64,000 nucleotides of DNA from assembly GCA_013239625.1 (NCBI GenBank), contig MU053933.1:868001-932000 (forward strand), written 5' to 3'. A program made the position numbers and the translations under genes. The number at the start of each line of letters is the position of its first letter. Within the stretch, counting starts at the first letter, position 1. Source of the stretch: Lama guanicoe. Lineage: Eukaryota. Positions 52,086 through 64,000 of this stretch are shown piece after piece. Under the pieces are notes generated by a model. The model did no database searches, was not told the origin of the DNA, and was given only the letters and a program-made list of their open reading frames with translations.

Positions 52086-55000
52086 TTGTGTGTGTGCAGG
52101 GATGGGTGAGAGGACATGGGGCGCTAGCTCTTGCCCACATATCTTCCTCCTCTGTCTGCCTGTGAACTTGTCAGAGAGCAGGGGCCAGCTACATATATTT
52201 TTGGCTCCTGGCTCCCTGTTCCTGGCCTGGTATTTCACCCTGATCTGTATTCAATGAGCATTTTTTTGCAATTGTCTGAGTTTTGTCCAGGCCCAGAGGC
52301 TAGGAGGTCCTGCCCATTCACCTGCTTCAAGGTTGGCCTTTATGAAGCTCTGATCAGAAACAGGCCATAGCAAGTTCAAGTTTCCAAACTTTGGTAAATC
52401 CTTTTTTACTTAGTAGAAGCTTCTTTGTAAAGCTCTAGCCTCTTCTGGTCAAGGAAAGTGTCATGGTGGTCAGAATGGTCTCACCCCAAAGACCAAGCGG
52501 CTGGGGGGCCGGGACTGATCCCACAGCCTTTTCCCCCAGGGTTAGAGGAAGGGGAGGGCACCACAGGGAAGTCCACGGGTCAGATGGAGTTTAACGAAGT
52601 AAATCAAAGAGAGAAAGAGGGGACAGAGCAGGAGGGAGGAGGTCCCAGTGGCTGTGGATCATGGGAGCAGCTGGTCTCCCATCTCCGCAGACGAGGGGGA
52701 CCCTTCTGAGGGGAGGTGGCTGACAGCTGGGTCTCCTGACCCTGCTTCCTAAAGCCACCGTAGGAGGGGTGCTTGGAACATCACCACGTCACGTGGCTCA
52801 CACCCAAATTATTTAAATGAGCGAATATCATAATGGCTCAACTGCTAAGAAAGAAAAAAACAGAGAAAGGAACAGGATTTTCCTCCGTAAAGATGTCCCT
52901 CTTCCACCATCCAGTCATTTGCAGCATCCAGCCTTCCCTCCGTGTCCGGCGGGGGGTGGGGCACTGCAGTTTGTCTGCTTGCTTTCCTGGGAAGTGATGG
53001 GGCCGCGCGAGACCCCACCCTCTCCCGTGCTGTGCGGGAAGGATGCAGAGGCCCCTCCCTTCTAGCCTCATAAACCCGTGGGGTTTGGACCGCATGGGAG
53101 GGAGAGGGACACGCTCGGGACATGGGACAGGGAACTTCTGCTCATTGGGACGGGTGGGGGCTTAAGAAATGAGTCACAGATTTACAAGAGGCACGACCAC
53201 TATCAAACTCTGAGTTTACAGAGTTTCTTTCGCTAAAACATGTACCAGCTCTGGCCCCTATGCTGGCGTTCAGACTATTTGAAAGCGTTCCTAGGCTCTG
53301 CGGAAGTCACCCAAAATAAACAGGACCCAACCGTCCTCTTTAAAGAGCTTGCAGTGAAGCTGGAACGCCAGGCTCTCCGGGTAGACGCTACTGCGGGTGG
53401 TCAGGTGCAGGTCTGCATGCAGATCAGACATTGCGGCCTGTTTCTGGAAATGAGTTCATCCATCTGCAGCGGGTCCCACTTGCAATGGCCGACTTACGAC
53501 TGAGTCAGGCCCGAGCCAGTGGGTCGTCTGGGTTCTTGCATGAACTCGACACTGGCTCCAACTCCTGCAGCGGCAGGCAGTCACCCTGGGACCGCTGGAT
53601 GCGGGGGAGCCTGAGAGCAGACCCCGACGCCCACCCAGAGGCCCAAACAGAAAGAAACCAGCTGCCGGGCTGGCGTCTGGTGGGCAGCCATCCCCTCCTC
53701 ACCAAAGAACTTAGGGTGATGGGAGAAAACGAGATTATCACAGAAATGAGGGCTAACGGTAAGTGGCCACATCTGGTGGCAAGTCCTAGACTCATTCTCC
53801 AGGTGACAGGGCCCACAGCACACAAGCCCCACCTCACCCCACTTCGTCCCACCTGGAACCTTCACTTCCAACGACATGACTCTCTCTTCCTCTCCCAGTT
53901 AGGGCAGCTCTTGGGCAGGGATGAGCTCCCCAGCTCTGCCCGCCACCTGAGAGCAGGGAACCCAACCAGAGAGAGCCAGGGGCCTCAGCAGCTAAAGGGC
54001 CTTGAGTCCCCCAGGGCATCTGTCAGTGTCTCCCAGACGCCACCTCCTGGGAGGTCCTAACAGGTGAGTGGCCGGAGGGGCCAGCCGGGTCCTTCACAGC
54101 CTTTCAAGTGGAAAACCAATTAGTTAGTGGTCCATAAGTTTGACAGCAGCCACGGTCGGCACTGGTCCCTGCGGCAGCCGAGGGAGGTGGGTTAGAGGCA
54201 GTGAGTGGCTTGTCACCGTGAGAGGGGAAGGGGGCCCAGCCTAAGAGCCACAGGGTTCCCAGAGGCCCCCCTGCTCTCGGGGCTGGGCCAGATCCCCGGT
54301 GCAGCAGAGCTGGAGGCTGGGGGCGGCCCTCCGCGCGACTGTGATTCTCTGGTTCTCCGTGCGAGCTGCGCGGGGCCCCGGCTCCGAGAGGCAGACGGGG
54401 AACAGCTCTCCCAGGGCTGGATGGAGGAGAGGCCGCCCGGGGTCAGCACGAGGCAGCCCCTTCCTCCGCGGAAACTCAGGAAAACCATTTTAGCTGAAGG
54501 GTGGGGAGTGCAAAGTGGGCTCTGAGTACGGCTTTTAATGCCGATTAAGCCAAGGTCAAAAATTCAGCACAGGCCACCAGCTTTGTACACAAGGAACAGT
54601 GGCCGCTGAGTCACAGAACGGCACTCACCCCCGGAAGTCTGCCACGTCCACTCAGCCCCGGGGGCGGGCCGCCCCGTCGCAGGCCCGCGATTCGCCCTTT
54701 CCTCACGGGCATCGCTTAGTGGGAGTCGGCGGCAGCTACACCGCACAGGGTGGCGCGTGTTCCAGCAACGTCGCTGCTCCTCAAGGACAGCAAGCCAGCC
54801 CCGCGCTCCCACTGCGCGCCAGGCTGACGGGAGTTCACGCGGTATCACACGCTCCCCGCTCATCTCCACGGCACCCTGGGCCAGTCCTTGTCCCCCCTTC
54901 GATCAGTGAGGAGTCGGGCTCAAGGGGACACACAGTCCTCCAGGGCTACACGGCCAGGACCACAGAGGACGTCCGGTCTCGGGGACGCAGAGAGGGGCTC

Positions 55001-58000
55001 CCCACCCCAGTCCAGAGATTTGGGGTTTCAGGGAAGATGGATCTTAAGGAAGAGGTGGTCAAGGGGAGGAGAGAGGGAGGACATTCTTCTCGGAGGAAAT
55101 GAGGTGCAAAGTCACGGACGTCACAGCAGAGCATCTGGGGTCTCCGGGGGGTGGGGACGGAGGACAGGACAGATGGTAGAAGCCAGGGGTGCCACACTGG
55201 AGGGGATGGGAGGGGAAGTGACAGAGGCAGACCAGCCCCATGGGAAGACTGAGAAGACCTGAGGACGTGCCCACGGGAAGGCTGAAGGACAGAGGGAAAT
55301 CAGGGGCCCCGGAAGGAGGCACTAAAATGGACCGTGAGGACGGCAGAGGGTCCTGACCCACAGCTGCCCACAGAGGCGGGTTCTGTCCACAGGAAGGGGT
55401 GAGGGCAGTCAGCTGAGGGCCCTGCCGAGCAGCGTGACTCACACCACAGCCGGAAGGGGACCTGAGCGTCTGTCCCAGCCCTGAAGGTCGCAACACCACA
55501 TTTGTAAAGCAGACCCGTTCTCTCCTCGCAGCCGCTTCTAAGAAAGCAGGCGGCTACCACTTCATGCACACTAATTATTTATCACTCTAACTCCTCCCCT
55601 TGGCCTCATTTTATGGCAAAAATAGCATCACAGCATTTTTTTAAAAGTGCCTAGAACCCTACCACTCACAACAAGCCATTTCATATTCTCTCCCTCAATT
55701 GGTCCAGCCCTCTGCCAGCTTTCACAGAGCTTCACGCAGCGGGGAAACCTCCGGCGCCCGGCCCGGGACTCCTGCTGGCAAACGGGCCGTGCGCGGGCCT
55801 GGACGGCCAGGGTGTCGACGCCACCGTGGATTCTGCTGTGTCACCAGTGGTGTCGTCACTTCCCTCGGCCTCGACACACTCGGCACAGCCACTGCCCTTG
55901 ACATCCCCTCAGCAAATGGGCCACGATTTAATTAGACGGTCCCAGTCTTCGGGAATTTAGGTCACGTCTTTCTTTATGTCTCTTCAGTTTTCCATTAGAG
56001 ATGACACTTGCTCTCTACACTGACGAGAAACCTAGAATGCCCGCAGGAGGCGCGGCAGGGTCTGGATCACTGCGGCCTGTACAGCCACGAAGCTACCGTG
56101 AATGGAGCTGAAAGACAGGACACCGACTTGCAGAAAACACTCGTAAAACACACGACGCTCCGAGCCGCTGCCCTCTGTATGTGAGGAGCTGGTGACAGCC
56201 AGCGGTGGGGGAGAGTCCCAGCGCCGGCACAGATGCGGCCTGGTCAGCGGGTGAGAGCAGGCGACAGCACTCGTGCTTCCGAGACCCCCTGGGACGACCG
56301 GTCAGAAGGGGTGCGTCCCCGTCTGGGACCTGGGTGGGACGGTGCCTTTCGTCTGCACTGTTTGAAATATTTACAACTAGTAATAATTTTTTCACTGCCA
56401 AAGCCACAAAAAGAGATAAGTCAATATGTGTGTAAATCAAATATTGTTCCAATAAAAGTGACACTGCCTTTGCACGAAAGCTTCAGGCGGACCTGCCAAA
56501 GGGCGCAGCCTCCTCTCCGCCCTGGTGCCTCCTGCCAGGTGGCTCTCCCAGAAGCTTAGAGCAGCTTATGGGGCGATCTGTTCATTATATATGCGCCGAG
56601 CAGGCCGATTCCTCCCAGAGGCCAGTGGTGAGAATTCCAGAACGTAAAGCATCTTACGTCTGACCCGCTCGTCAATTTTAATCCTCTCTCACGGTGTTTC
56701 CAGCCCCCTTTAACATGTCCCAGCCCCTTTAGCAAGGCCTGCTTGGTGCCTCGTATGCAGCTGGCGCTAATGCATTTTGCTTGTTTGACAAACGCATTCT
56801 GCGCTCCCCACGCACCCTTCCCCAGCCCCCGGTTCAGAATAATTGGCAGAGGAAGTGACTGGATTATATTCAGAATAGCCATTAAAAGCCCCAGTCAGAC
56901 CCGAGAGAGAACAGGCAGAGGATGCTCTCAGGGGTGAAGCAGCAGCCACCCGCTGACCCGCTTCCCTGGGCCGCCCAGGCCAAGGACGCTGCCGGGAGGA
57001 GGTGCCGGGCGCTGCCGGCCCGGCCCGGCCACTCTGGACAGACGCTTCCTTCCACCTCAGATGCACCATCTAGATTTTCATGAGTACTCTGAACTCCTTC
57101 CCAGTCTCTGCATCCTTGCTGGTGGCCGCCCACTCCAGGGGGACAGGGCAGACCCTCCTCTTCCTCCTCGCCGTGGCTTCATTCCTCCTTGCCGGAGACG
57201 AAGGGCTGGCGAGTGTGCCGCCCAGGAACCAGTGTCTGGCTCCTCAGGCCCCAGGCTGGGCTCGGGCCTTTTGCGCTGCAATTTGGTTGATGCCTTAATT
57301 TGAAATTCCTCTTTGATAAGGTCTTCATGGCAATTAAAGGGTGAGTTCTGCATACAGAAATGAGTCCACTACTGGAAAAACTTTCAGTCCACATGGGGGC
57401 TGGAGACAGACGCTGGATCCCCGGAGCTGGCTTTGCAGCTCCGTGAGCTCCTTCACCTGCTCCCCATCCCTGCAAGATTTGGGCAGGATCTCACACTCTG
57501 ATGCCTGGGGCGGTTGGAAACGTCCCTCCTGGTAACTCCCCTGGGACTCTGAACTCTGGCCAAGTTCCCACAAGACCGGCAGGCCTCTTGCCCACCCAGG
57601 CTCCTCACCCCAGCCCCAGCCGACCTGGTGGAGGTAGGTGGTTTCTTTCGGTTTTATCTTGATTCTGGGAACTTACATTGGCTGCGATTCTGGCGGCCAA
57701 GCCAGGATCAGGAATGCAGGTCAAGGATGCCAAGGAGCTGCTGAGCTGATGTAGTGTGGGCAGAGGGGAGGGTGAGCTCCCGGAACCTTATCCCAGGGGC
57801 CATCCACGACGAAGGAGCATGAATTTAGGCAGAATCACATGATGCGAAAGGGAAGGGGAGCAAAAAAGCAGAAATAACGTCACTGTAAGCCATGAGCCAT
57901 CATGAAAGACACAAACACTCTCCAAACGGAATGCAGAATCCAACTACTTCTCACCCCAGTGGCCCAATTCACCATCACTCTTTGCAAAGATTATGGGGGC

Positions 58001-58394
58001 AGCTCCTTGCTGGTCTGCCTGCAGCCCCTCCCAGCAGCGCATCTCCATCCAGCAGCAGCTGAACTGCGAGAGGACCACCTCCTGCCTCTGCTCAACCTCC
58101 TGCATGGTTCCAGCCAAGAGTGGAACCACATCTGTGGTCCAGTCCACAAGAGAACCTGCCACCCGCCCTCACCTCTCTGACCCCACATCCCCTGCAGGCC
58201 CCTCCACCAACCCTGCCCTGCACTCCAGACCCGCCAGCCTCCACCGCCCCCAGCCCTCCACTCCACCACCCCCGCGCCACAGTGCAGCCCCATCGGCCTC
58301 CTGCGGGAGGAGCCTTGGAGGGAGGCTGCTCCCTTTGTTGGAAGACTCTTTTTCCCCCGCAGACACACACAAGCTCCCTGCTCCAACCCTACTC

Positions 58395-58610
58395 TTGTGT
58401 GCTCATGCCCTGAAATGTCAGCCCCACACGCTCCATGTCACCCCCCACCGTGTGACTTTCATCACCAGATAGGCTGACTACATGTTGCATTTATTTTCAC
58501 CATCTCGTCTGTTTCCCACTAAAAGTCAGCTCCCACAGGCCGAGGATTTCGGGTTTTCCTGCACCGAATGCCCAGGGTCTAGAACAGCACCAGCTCACAG
58601 CGAGGAGGGC
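58395..58610. mobile_element. L2 3' fragment
   Basis: gtctgtttcccactaaaagtcagctcccacaggc ... cccagggtctagaacagcacc. Confidence 0.55.
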
Positions 58611-60270
58611 ACTGATGGATGACGGAGCGGCGGCTCCTGGCGGGCCGGGGAAAGGCAGGGTCTGCTGACTCAGGGATGGAGTAACTGGACAGCAGCCTAG
58701 TCGATCAAATACTCACGGGGTGATTATTATTCTGAATGCAGAATCAGCCAGGCAGCATAAGGACCCCTCCCTCCCCAAATGTACACACACACGGTGGTGC
58801 CGGACACACAGTCACAGAACTTCACCCTCCAATGGTCTGGTAAGTGGCCCTGAAGAGCTGCATCTGTGTTTGGGCACTTGAAGGAGATGGGCTGAGAAGG
58901 GGAGGTCAGATGACCCTAAGACGTGGAGAGTAGGTAAGTACCGAGCTAAGAGCCACCCGCCGGCCGGGGAGGTCTTCATGTCACACGGCACAGCAGCCCC
59001 GCGGAGCAGTCGCTGGATGAGCCCGAAGAACATCAGAACAATCGACCATAAAACTGAGCGGCAACAGCGCTGCCCCCTCCAACGCTCTGGGCTTACATTT
59101 TCATCGATGTGAGTCTGGTGACTGACGGTAACCACCCAGCAGGGTTGACCCTCCACCCGGAAGGCCTCCGGTGCCCCGTTCACGCCCCCAGTCACATATA
59201 AAGCAAACCTTACGGCACCCAGGCTCTGACGCGGTCCCTTTACTGTGCTGAACACAAAGGCAAAAGCGTCATCGCCCTTTGAGAGCCAGTCTGGGCCTCC
59301 TCCCACCCCCTACCCCAGAGCAGACAGGGGACATGAAGCAACACAGGCTGGGTTGTCCAAAGGCTGAGGAAGACTGCTTCACTTACAGGTGGTAACCTCA
59401 TGCTCTCCACAGCTCCAGCCTGGCCAACACCCCAGGCGGTCAGAAGGACTCTGGAAAGCCAGTGACTGTCCACCAGGTGGAGGCCAGATGGCCAGGGAGG
59501 GGAGAGCAAAGACCGTTGGCCGTGGCCACGGACAGCCTAGCCCGGGCAGACCAGCAGGAAGGAGGGAGCCTGTATGTCCCAGACACTCTCTCTGCAAGCA
59601 AACCCCAGACATTCAACAGATGGAGAACAGTGGCTTGCAATTCCCTTAGGACAAAACAATAAGTGTATTCTCTGGCGGGTTTCAACACCCGCTTCCAAAA
59701 GCAACAGGGACTGAGAGCCATTCAGCATCACCAGCCTTCCCCGCAACTTGTTCTCTCTCCCGAGAGAACTGGGGAGCCACAAAGGCAGCCCCTGCTGTGA
59801 TCTGCTGGTCAAGAGCTGCCTGAAACCCCTCCTTTTTCCCCTCCTGCTTTTCCCACACTCCCTGTAGCAATTAAAAAGGCGGGGGGCAGTGCTGGCAACG
59901 AGAACAGTGCTGAAACCAGCAAATAGCTGGTGGCTGGGTAATCCTCACTCTGGCTACATCAGGAACAGAACGAAAATTGCCACTTCAGCTCCGGGTGCAG
60001 CTGGAAGAGGCTGTCACTCCCGAGGATACACAGAAAAGTTAGGGCAAGGATGTGCATGAATGAGGAGGAACTTTTCCCATTTCCTAATGGAATTAAATGA
60101 GACTAGTGCTCACAGCAGAAAGAGATGGAACCTGGGGGACTTCTCCTGGTGTTAAGTAGTGCTTGGTTTTAGGTAATGACCATAAATTAGCTTAGGGGCC
60201 CCATACCAACCAAGCGCTTGCTGGTGATGGAGTATCCACCTTCAAAGGAGCCCCAGCGGGCAACTGTCCC

Positions 60271-60475
60271 TGTGGGGAGGTGACCAGCCCTGCAGCCAGA
60301 GGGGGTCGCTGTGGGAATCTGGTCACAGGGGGAGGTGACTAGCACTGCAGCCAGAGGGGGTCGCTATGCGGATCTGGTCACAGGGGGAAGTAACCAGCCC
60401 TGCAGCCAGAGGGGGTCGCTATGGGGATCTGGTCACGTGGGGAGGTGATGCGATTTGCAGCCGGAGAGGGTCGCT
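60271..60475 (+). repeat. 55-bp minisatellite, about 3.7 copies
   Basis: tgcagcc[a/g]gag[g/a]gggtcgct core starts at 60291, 60346, 60401 and 60456 (exact 55-nt spacing). Confidence 0.92.
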
Positions 60476-60595
60476 TGCTATAAGCACCTGCCCAGAGGGC
60501 ACCTGGAGAGGGGCTGCTCGCTTGGCCCTGTCCCCAAGTCAGCTGGAGTCAAAGGGAAGATGAGGAGGCGTGCCTTAATGTAGGAGGGGAGGAGA

Positions 60596-60663
60596 GGGGG
60601 TGAAGATGAGAGAGAGGAGCAGAGGGGAGGAGAAGGGGGTGAAGATGAGAGAGAGGAGCAGAG
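60596..60663 (+). repeat. 39-bp-period purine-rich direct duplication
   Basis: gggggtgaagatgagagagaggagcagag at 60596 and 60635. Confidence 0.85.
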
Positions 60664-60699
60664 AGGAGGGGAAGGAGGGAGGGGGGAGGAGGAGGAGGA

Positions 60700-61720
60700 G
60701 GGAGGCGCGGGAGGAGGAGCCGGGCCCAGCCGCTCGGGCGCGCGGCGGCGCTCTGGTTGGCCGGTCCCCGTCGTCCTCCCGCCGCCCGCCCCCCCCCCCC
60801 CCCCCCNNNNNNNNNNNNNNNNNNNNNNNNNNNNNNNNNNNNNNNNNNNNNNNNNNNNNNNNNNNNNNNNNNNNNNNNNNNNNNNNNNNNNNNNNNNNNN
60901 NNNNNNNNNNNNNNNNNNNNNNNNNNNNNNNNNNNNNNNNNNNNNNNNNNNNNNNNNNNNNNNNNNNNNNNNNNNNNNNNNNNNNNNNNNNNNNNNNNNN
61001 NNNNNNNNNNNNNNNNNNNNNNNNNNNNNNNNNNNNNNNNNNNNNNNNNNNNNNNNNNNNNNNNNNNNNNNNNNNNNNNNNNNNNNNNNNNNNNNNNNNN
61101 NNNNNNNNNNNNNNNNNNNNNNNNNNNNNNNNNNNNNNNNNNNNNNNNNNNNNNNNNNNNNNNNNNNNNNNNNNNNNNNNNNNNNNNNNNNNNNNNNNNN
61201 NNNNNNNNNNNNNNNNNNNNNNNNNNNNNNNNNNNNNNNNNNNNNNNNNNNNNNNNNNNNNNNNNNNNNNNNNNNNNNNNNNNNNNNNNNNNNNNNNNNN
61301 NNNNNNNNNNNNNNNNNNNNNNNNNNNTGCCGGCCAGGGGGCGCGGGCGGAGGTGGGGGGAGCGCGGTCCGCGCGTCCTTGGAGCCGGCTGCGGCCTCCG
61401 ACAAGTCGGGCGGGGGGAGGCTCTGCAGGGCAGGTGTCCCTGCGTGCGGCCCCGTGGGAAGTGGCGACTGCACGGGGGCATTTTTTCCATTCGGTGGGCA
61501 GAGCTTTCCTTGTCGCAAATCTGATTAGGCTGAGTTCCTATGTTCAGAGGCTGGTACAGGAAGCCTTTTATTTCCGGCGGAACGACCCCGGAGGACTCAC
61601 CCCGGGAGCGGGAGCCGGTGGGCAGACCTGCGGGACACGGGGGGTGCGGAGCTCTTCGCAGCCCCTGCGGCGACCGGCACTCTTCCTCGCCAGCCAGGAG
61701 CAGGTGTGGGGGTCCGGCTA
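60700..61720 (+). promoter_or_regulatory. PDE9A: CpG-island promoter and start of intron 1, probably PDE9A (exon 1 inferred to lie in the N-gap)
   Basis: CpG-dense on both sides of the gap with GC-box-like sequence; PDE9A is the next protein-coding gene downstream of SLC37A1 on the same strand in mammals; no PDE9A coding sequence is visible. Confidence 0.55.
60807..61327. other. Assembly gap (521 N) after a poly-C run
   Basis: Run of n. Confidence 0.99.
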
Positions 61721-62453
61721 GCCCAGCAGGGGCTGCTCATCCCCCACCCTCTTCAGGTCCCCATCCCAGCAGGTAGTCAGCTCTGACAGGACAGGGATGA
61801 CCCGGGGCTGCTCCATCTCCTGGGCCCTCAGAGAGACTGGCCAACCCCCTGGACCAGCTCTGCGTTTATAGCATCCCCGGCTTCTGATTGGCAGAGAGGG
61901 ACACTAAGACCGCTGGCATGGAGGGGCTTCTGTAAGCCCCCCTCAGACCCTCCTGTGGGGAGGGCACAGTGACAGAAGCACTCCCCAACCTCAGCTGGAC
62001 ATCTCAGGGAAGCCCTCAGCTGCCAAGGCTCACCTTGCTTTTCTCACGGAGCGCCCAGAGCTGGGAAGCCAGGGAGACATGCCCTGGCCAGGCAGAGAGC
62101 AGGTGCAGGGGCTTGGGGCTCTCCAGTTCTCAGATGTGCCCCTGCCAGCTGATAGACTTGCCATCAAGCCACCCCCACTCTCGCCCTATCCGTCCATCCC
62201 TCCTCTATCCCATGAAATGGAAAGTACAAGCTTCCCCTCCCCCACTGTAGCCCGCTTCATGGGAACCAGATAACAGGGAACAGGAAGCGTCTGCAAGGGC
62301 AGGTGGGCACTCCCTCTTATTTCATCAGTCAGCTGATGCAGGGCTCCCCCCCAGGTCCCGTGACATCCAGGACTGGGCACCTGGGACTGCACAGAAATTT
62401 AAAGGCCTCCCCTAAGGAAGAAAGGGCCCTCTGCTGAATCCTTCCCTTCTCCA

Positions 62454-62606
62454 GCATGCACACACACGTGTGCACATGCATCCACACACAGCGTGCACGT
62501 AAAGATATGTGCACGCACAAACACACTTGCATGCACGCACCACATGTAAACACGCGCATACACACACACACATGCAAACAGGCATGCACATGAATACACA
62601 CACACT
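62454..62606. repeat. Degenerate (CA/TG)n simple repeat
   Basis: gcatgcacacacacgtgtgcacatgc...catacacacacacacatgc...tacacacacac. Confidence 0.85.
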
Positions 62607-64000
62607 TTTTCTACCCCGACAGAGAATTGCCAAAGATCGGCCTTTTTGACCCTTTGAAAGAGGTGGGATGTGATGGCTGTCACCATCAGAAGGGACAGTT
62701 CCTTCCCCAGAACTTCCCAAAGGTCTCCCGAGAAGCTCAGTGCCAAGTGGGTGAAAAGTGGAAGAGAGGTTCTGGAGGGTGGAGGCGAGCGCTGAGGTAC
62801 GGGCCCGGCTGTCATTGTGGGCTGAGGGGTTTCGTGGCTGAGACACTTGAGGACTGGGTGACCCTCAGGAAAACAGCCCTGCAGGCGGCCCTGGGAGACC
62901 ATGGGCACCTGCGCTGGGAGGGAGGCCTTGGCCTTGGAAGGGGCTGGATCTGAGGCTGAGCGCTGGCTCCGCCCCTTTTTGTGACCCTACCCACCTAATC
63001 CATGGCCCCCCTGAAGTGGCCTCCGGGTCGGTGCAGTGGGCAATAGCTTCTGCTTTATAGCCTCATGCACTGTGAGAGGCCATATGGACAGAGTGCCCGG
63101 AACACTCTGGAAAACGGTGGGTGTGATGCCTTCTCTCTGTTCCGTCCACGTCCTTTAACTGATGCAAACGGGAGGAGGCAGGCCGTGGTCCTCAGACCTC
63201 TGTCATCTCTGTGCCGTCCCGTCCCGTCCTGCTTCCTGACCTCGCTCTGCGCCCTCTGCCTTTGCTGCCGACACCCTTGGAGACTCTCGGCTGGACCTTC
63301 ACCCTGGGGGAGAGCCGCGTCGTCTGGGGTTCCGAGCATGGGCTGGAAAACCGTACCGTCTCCCACCTCGGCCGCGGAGCCCAGCAGCGCATCGGGACTT
63401 TAAATCCTCGGCGACAGCGCCCGCAGCAACACTTCCAGTGGCTGCGGTTTCTGTTCTTAAAGTTCCAGGCGCTGGAGGAATTCTCAGAGGTCCCCACACG
63501 CAGTCGGGTTCTGTCTCCCTGTTAGCCATCCCAGCTCCTCCCTGGGAAAGGCCATGGGCACAAAGCCCGCGCTGCTCGCGAGGGGAGAGCGCTGCGGGTG
63601 GGCGGGGGCTGGAGGCAGGAGGCAAGGCAGGTGTCGGTTGTCCTACGGCTCCTGCGTGGTGTCTGCTCTGTCCCTCCACTTCCCGGCTCCTGGTCCTTCC
63701 ACGCTCCCCCCGGAGATGGCCCAAACGGGGAAGAAGAAGATAACATGCCGCGCAGTGGCTTCTGCAGGTGGTGTCTGCCCCGGCAAAGCCGTCAGAAGGG
63801 ACAGATGGCACGTGTGCCCTGTCTGAGGAAGGACCCATAGTGCTAATACCGTAGGCATCTCATATGCTTAGAGAAACTGCAGCGGCTGCTGGGCGGCTGG
63901 CTCAAGGCTTTCTTGGTGTGAAGGACCCTCTAGCACACACGGTCACATCACCTGCCCAGGGGGTCCAGTGCGAGGCAGTCACGAGGATCCAGGGTCCTGG

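Noticed and set aside
59467-59485. CCACCAGGTGGAGG CTCF-like site
   Set aside because: Mismatch at the key C position and isolated; not supportable without ChIP data
60271-60475. Regularly spaced repeats as a CRISPR-like array
   Set aside because: Whole 55-bp units are repeated without unique spacers, no cas genes, mammalian context
60478-61721. Long ORFs of 255-373 aa
   Set aside because: Artefacts of translating through the N-gap

Overview
Mammalian, GC-rich genomic DNA (not prokaryotic), probably from a cetartiodactyl such as a camelid, although species is only inferred from repeat content. Positions 1636-24053 (+) hold the last 11 coding exons of SLC37A1 (MFS sugar-phosphate/Pi exchanger of the ER). 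All have canonical GT-AG junctions and splice into one 834-nt frame (277 aa + stop, HPKAYENG...DQVPFKEH*). A CpG-rich 3'UTR with three AATAAA signals follows to about 25.1 kb. The next ~35 kb is intergenic and filled with old transposon remnants (L1M, L2, MIR, MLT1/MLT2 LTRs, MER5/MER20/MER82, and a decayed hAT-Charlie-like transposase), with one N-gap. At 60.6-61.7 kb a CpG-island promoter is interrupted by a second N-gap; by conserved synteny this is probably the PDE9A 5' end, with exon 1 hidden in the gap. Almost all ORFs in the supplied track are spurious GC-rich frames. I found no convincing new biological system. The best leads are regulatory: a 55-bp minisatellite carrying a CTCF-like motif in each unit next to the putative PDE9A promoter, an in-frame stop built into the last SLC37A1 splice donor, a candidate intronic alternative terminal exon, and an unidentified antisense retro-inserted 3'UTR-like fragment.
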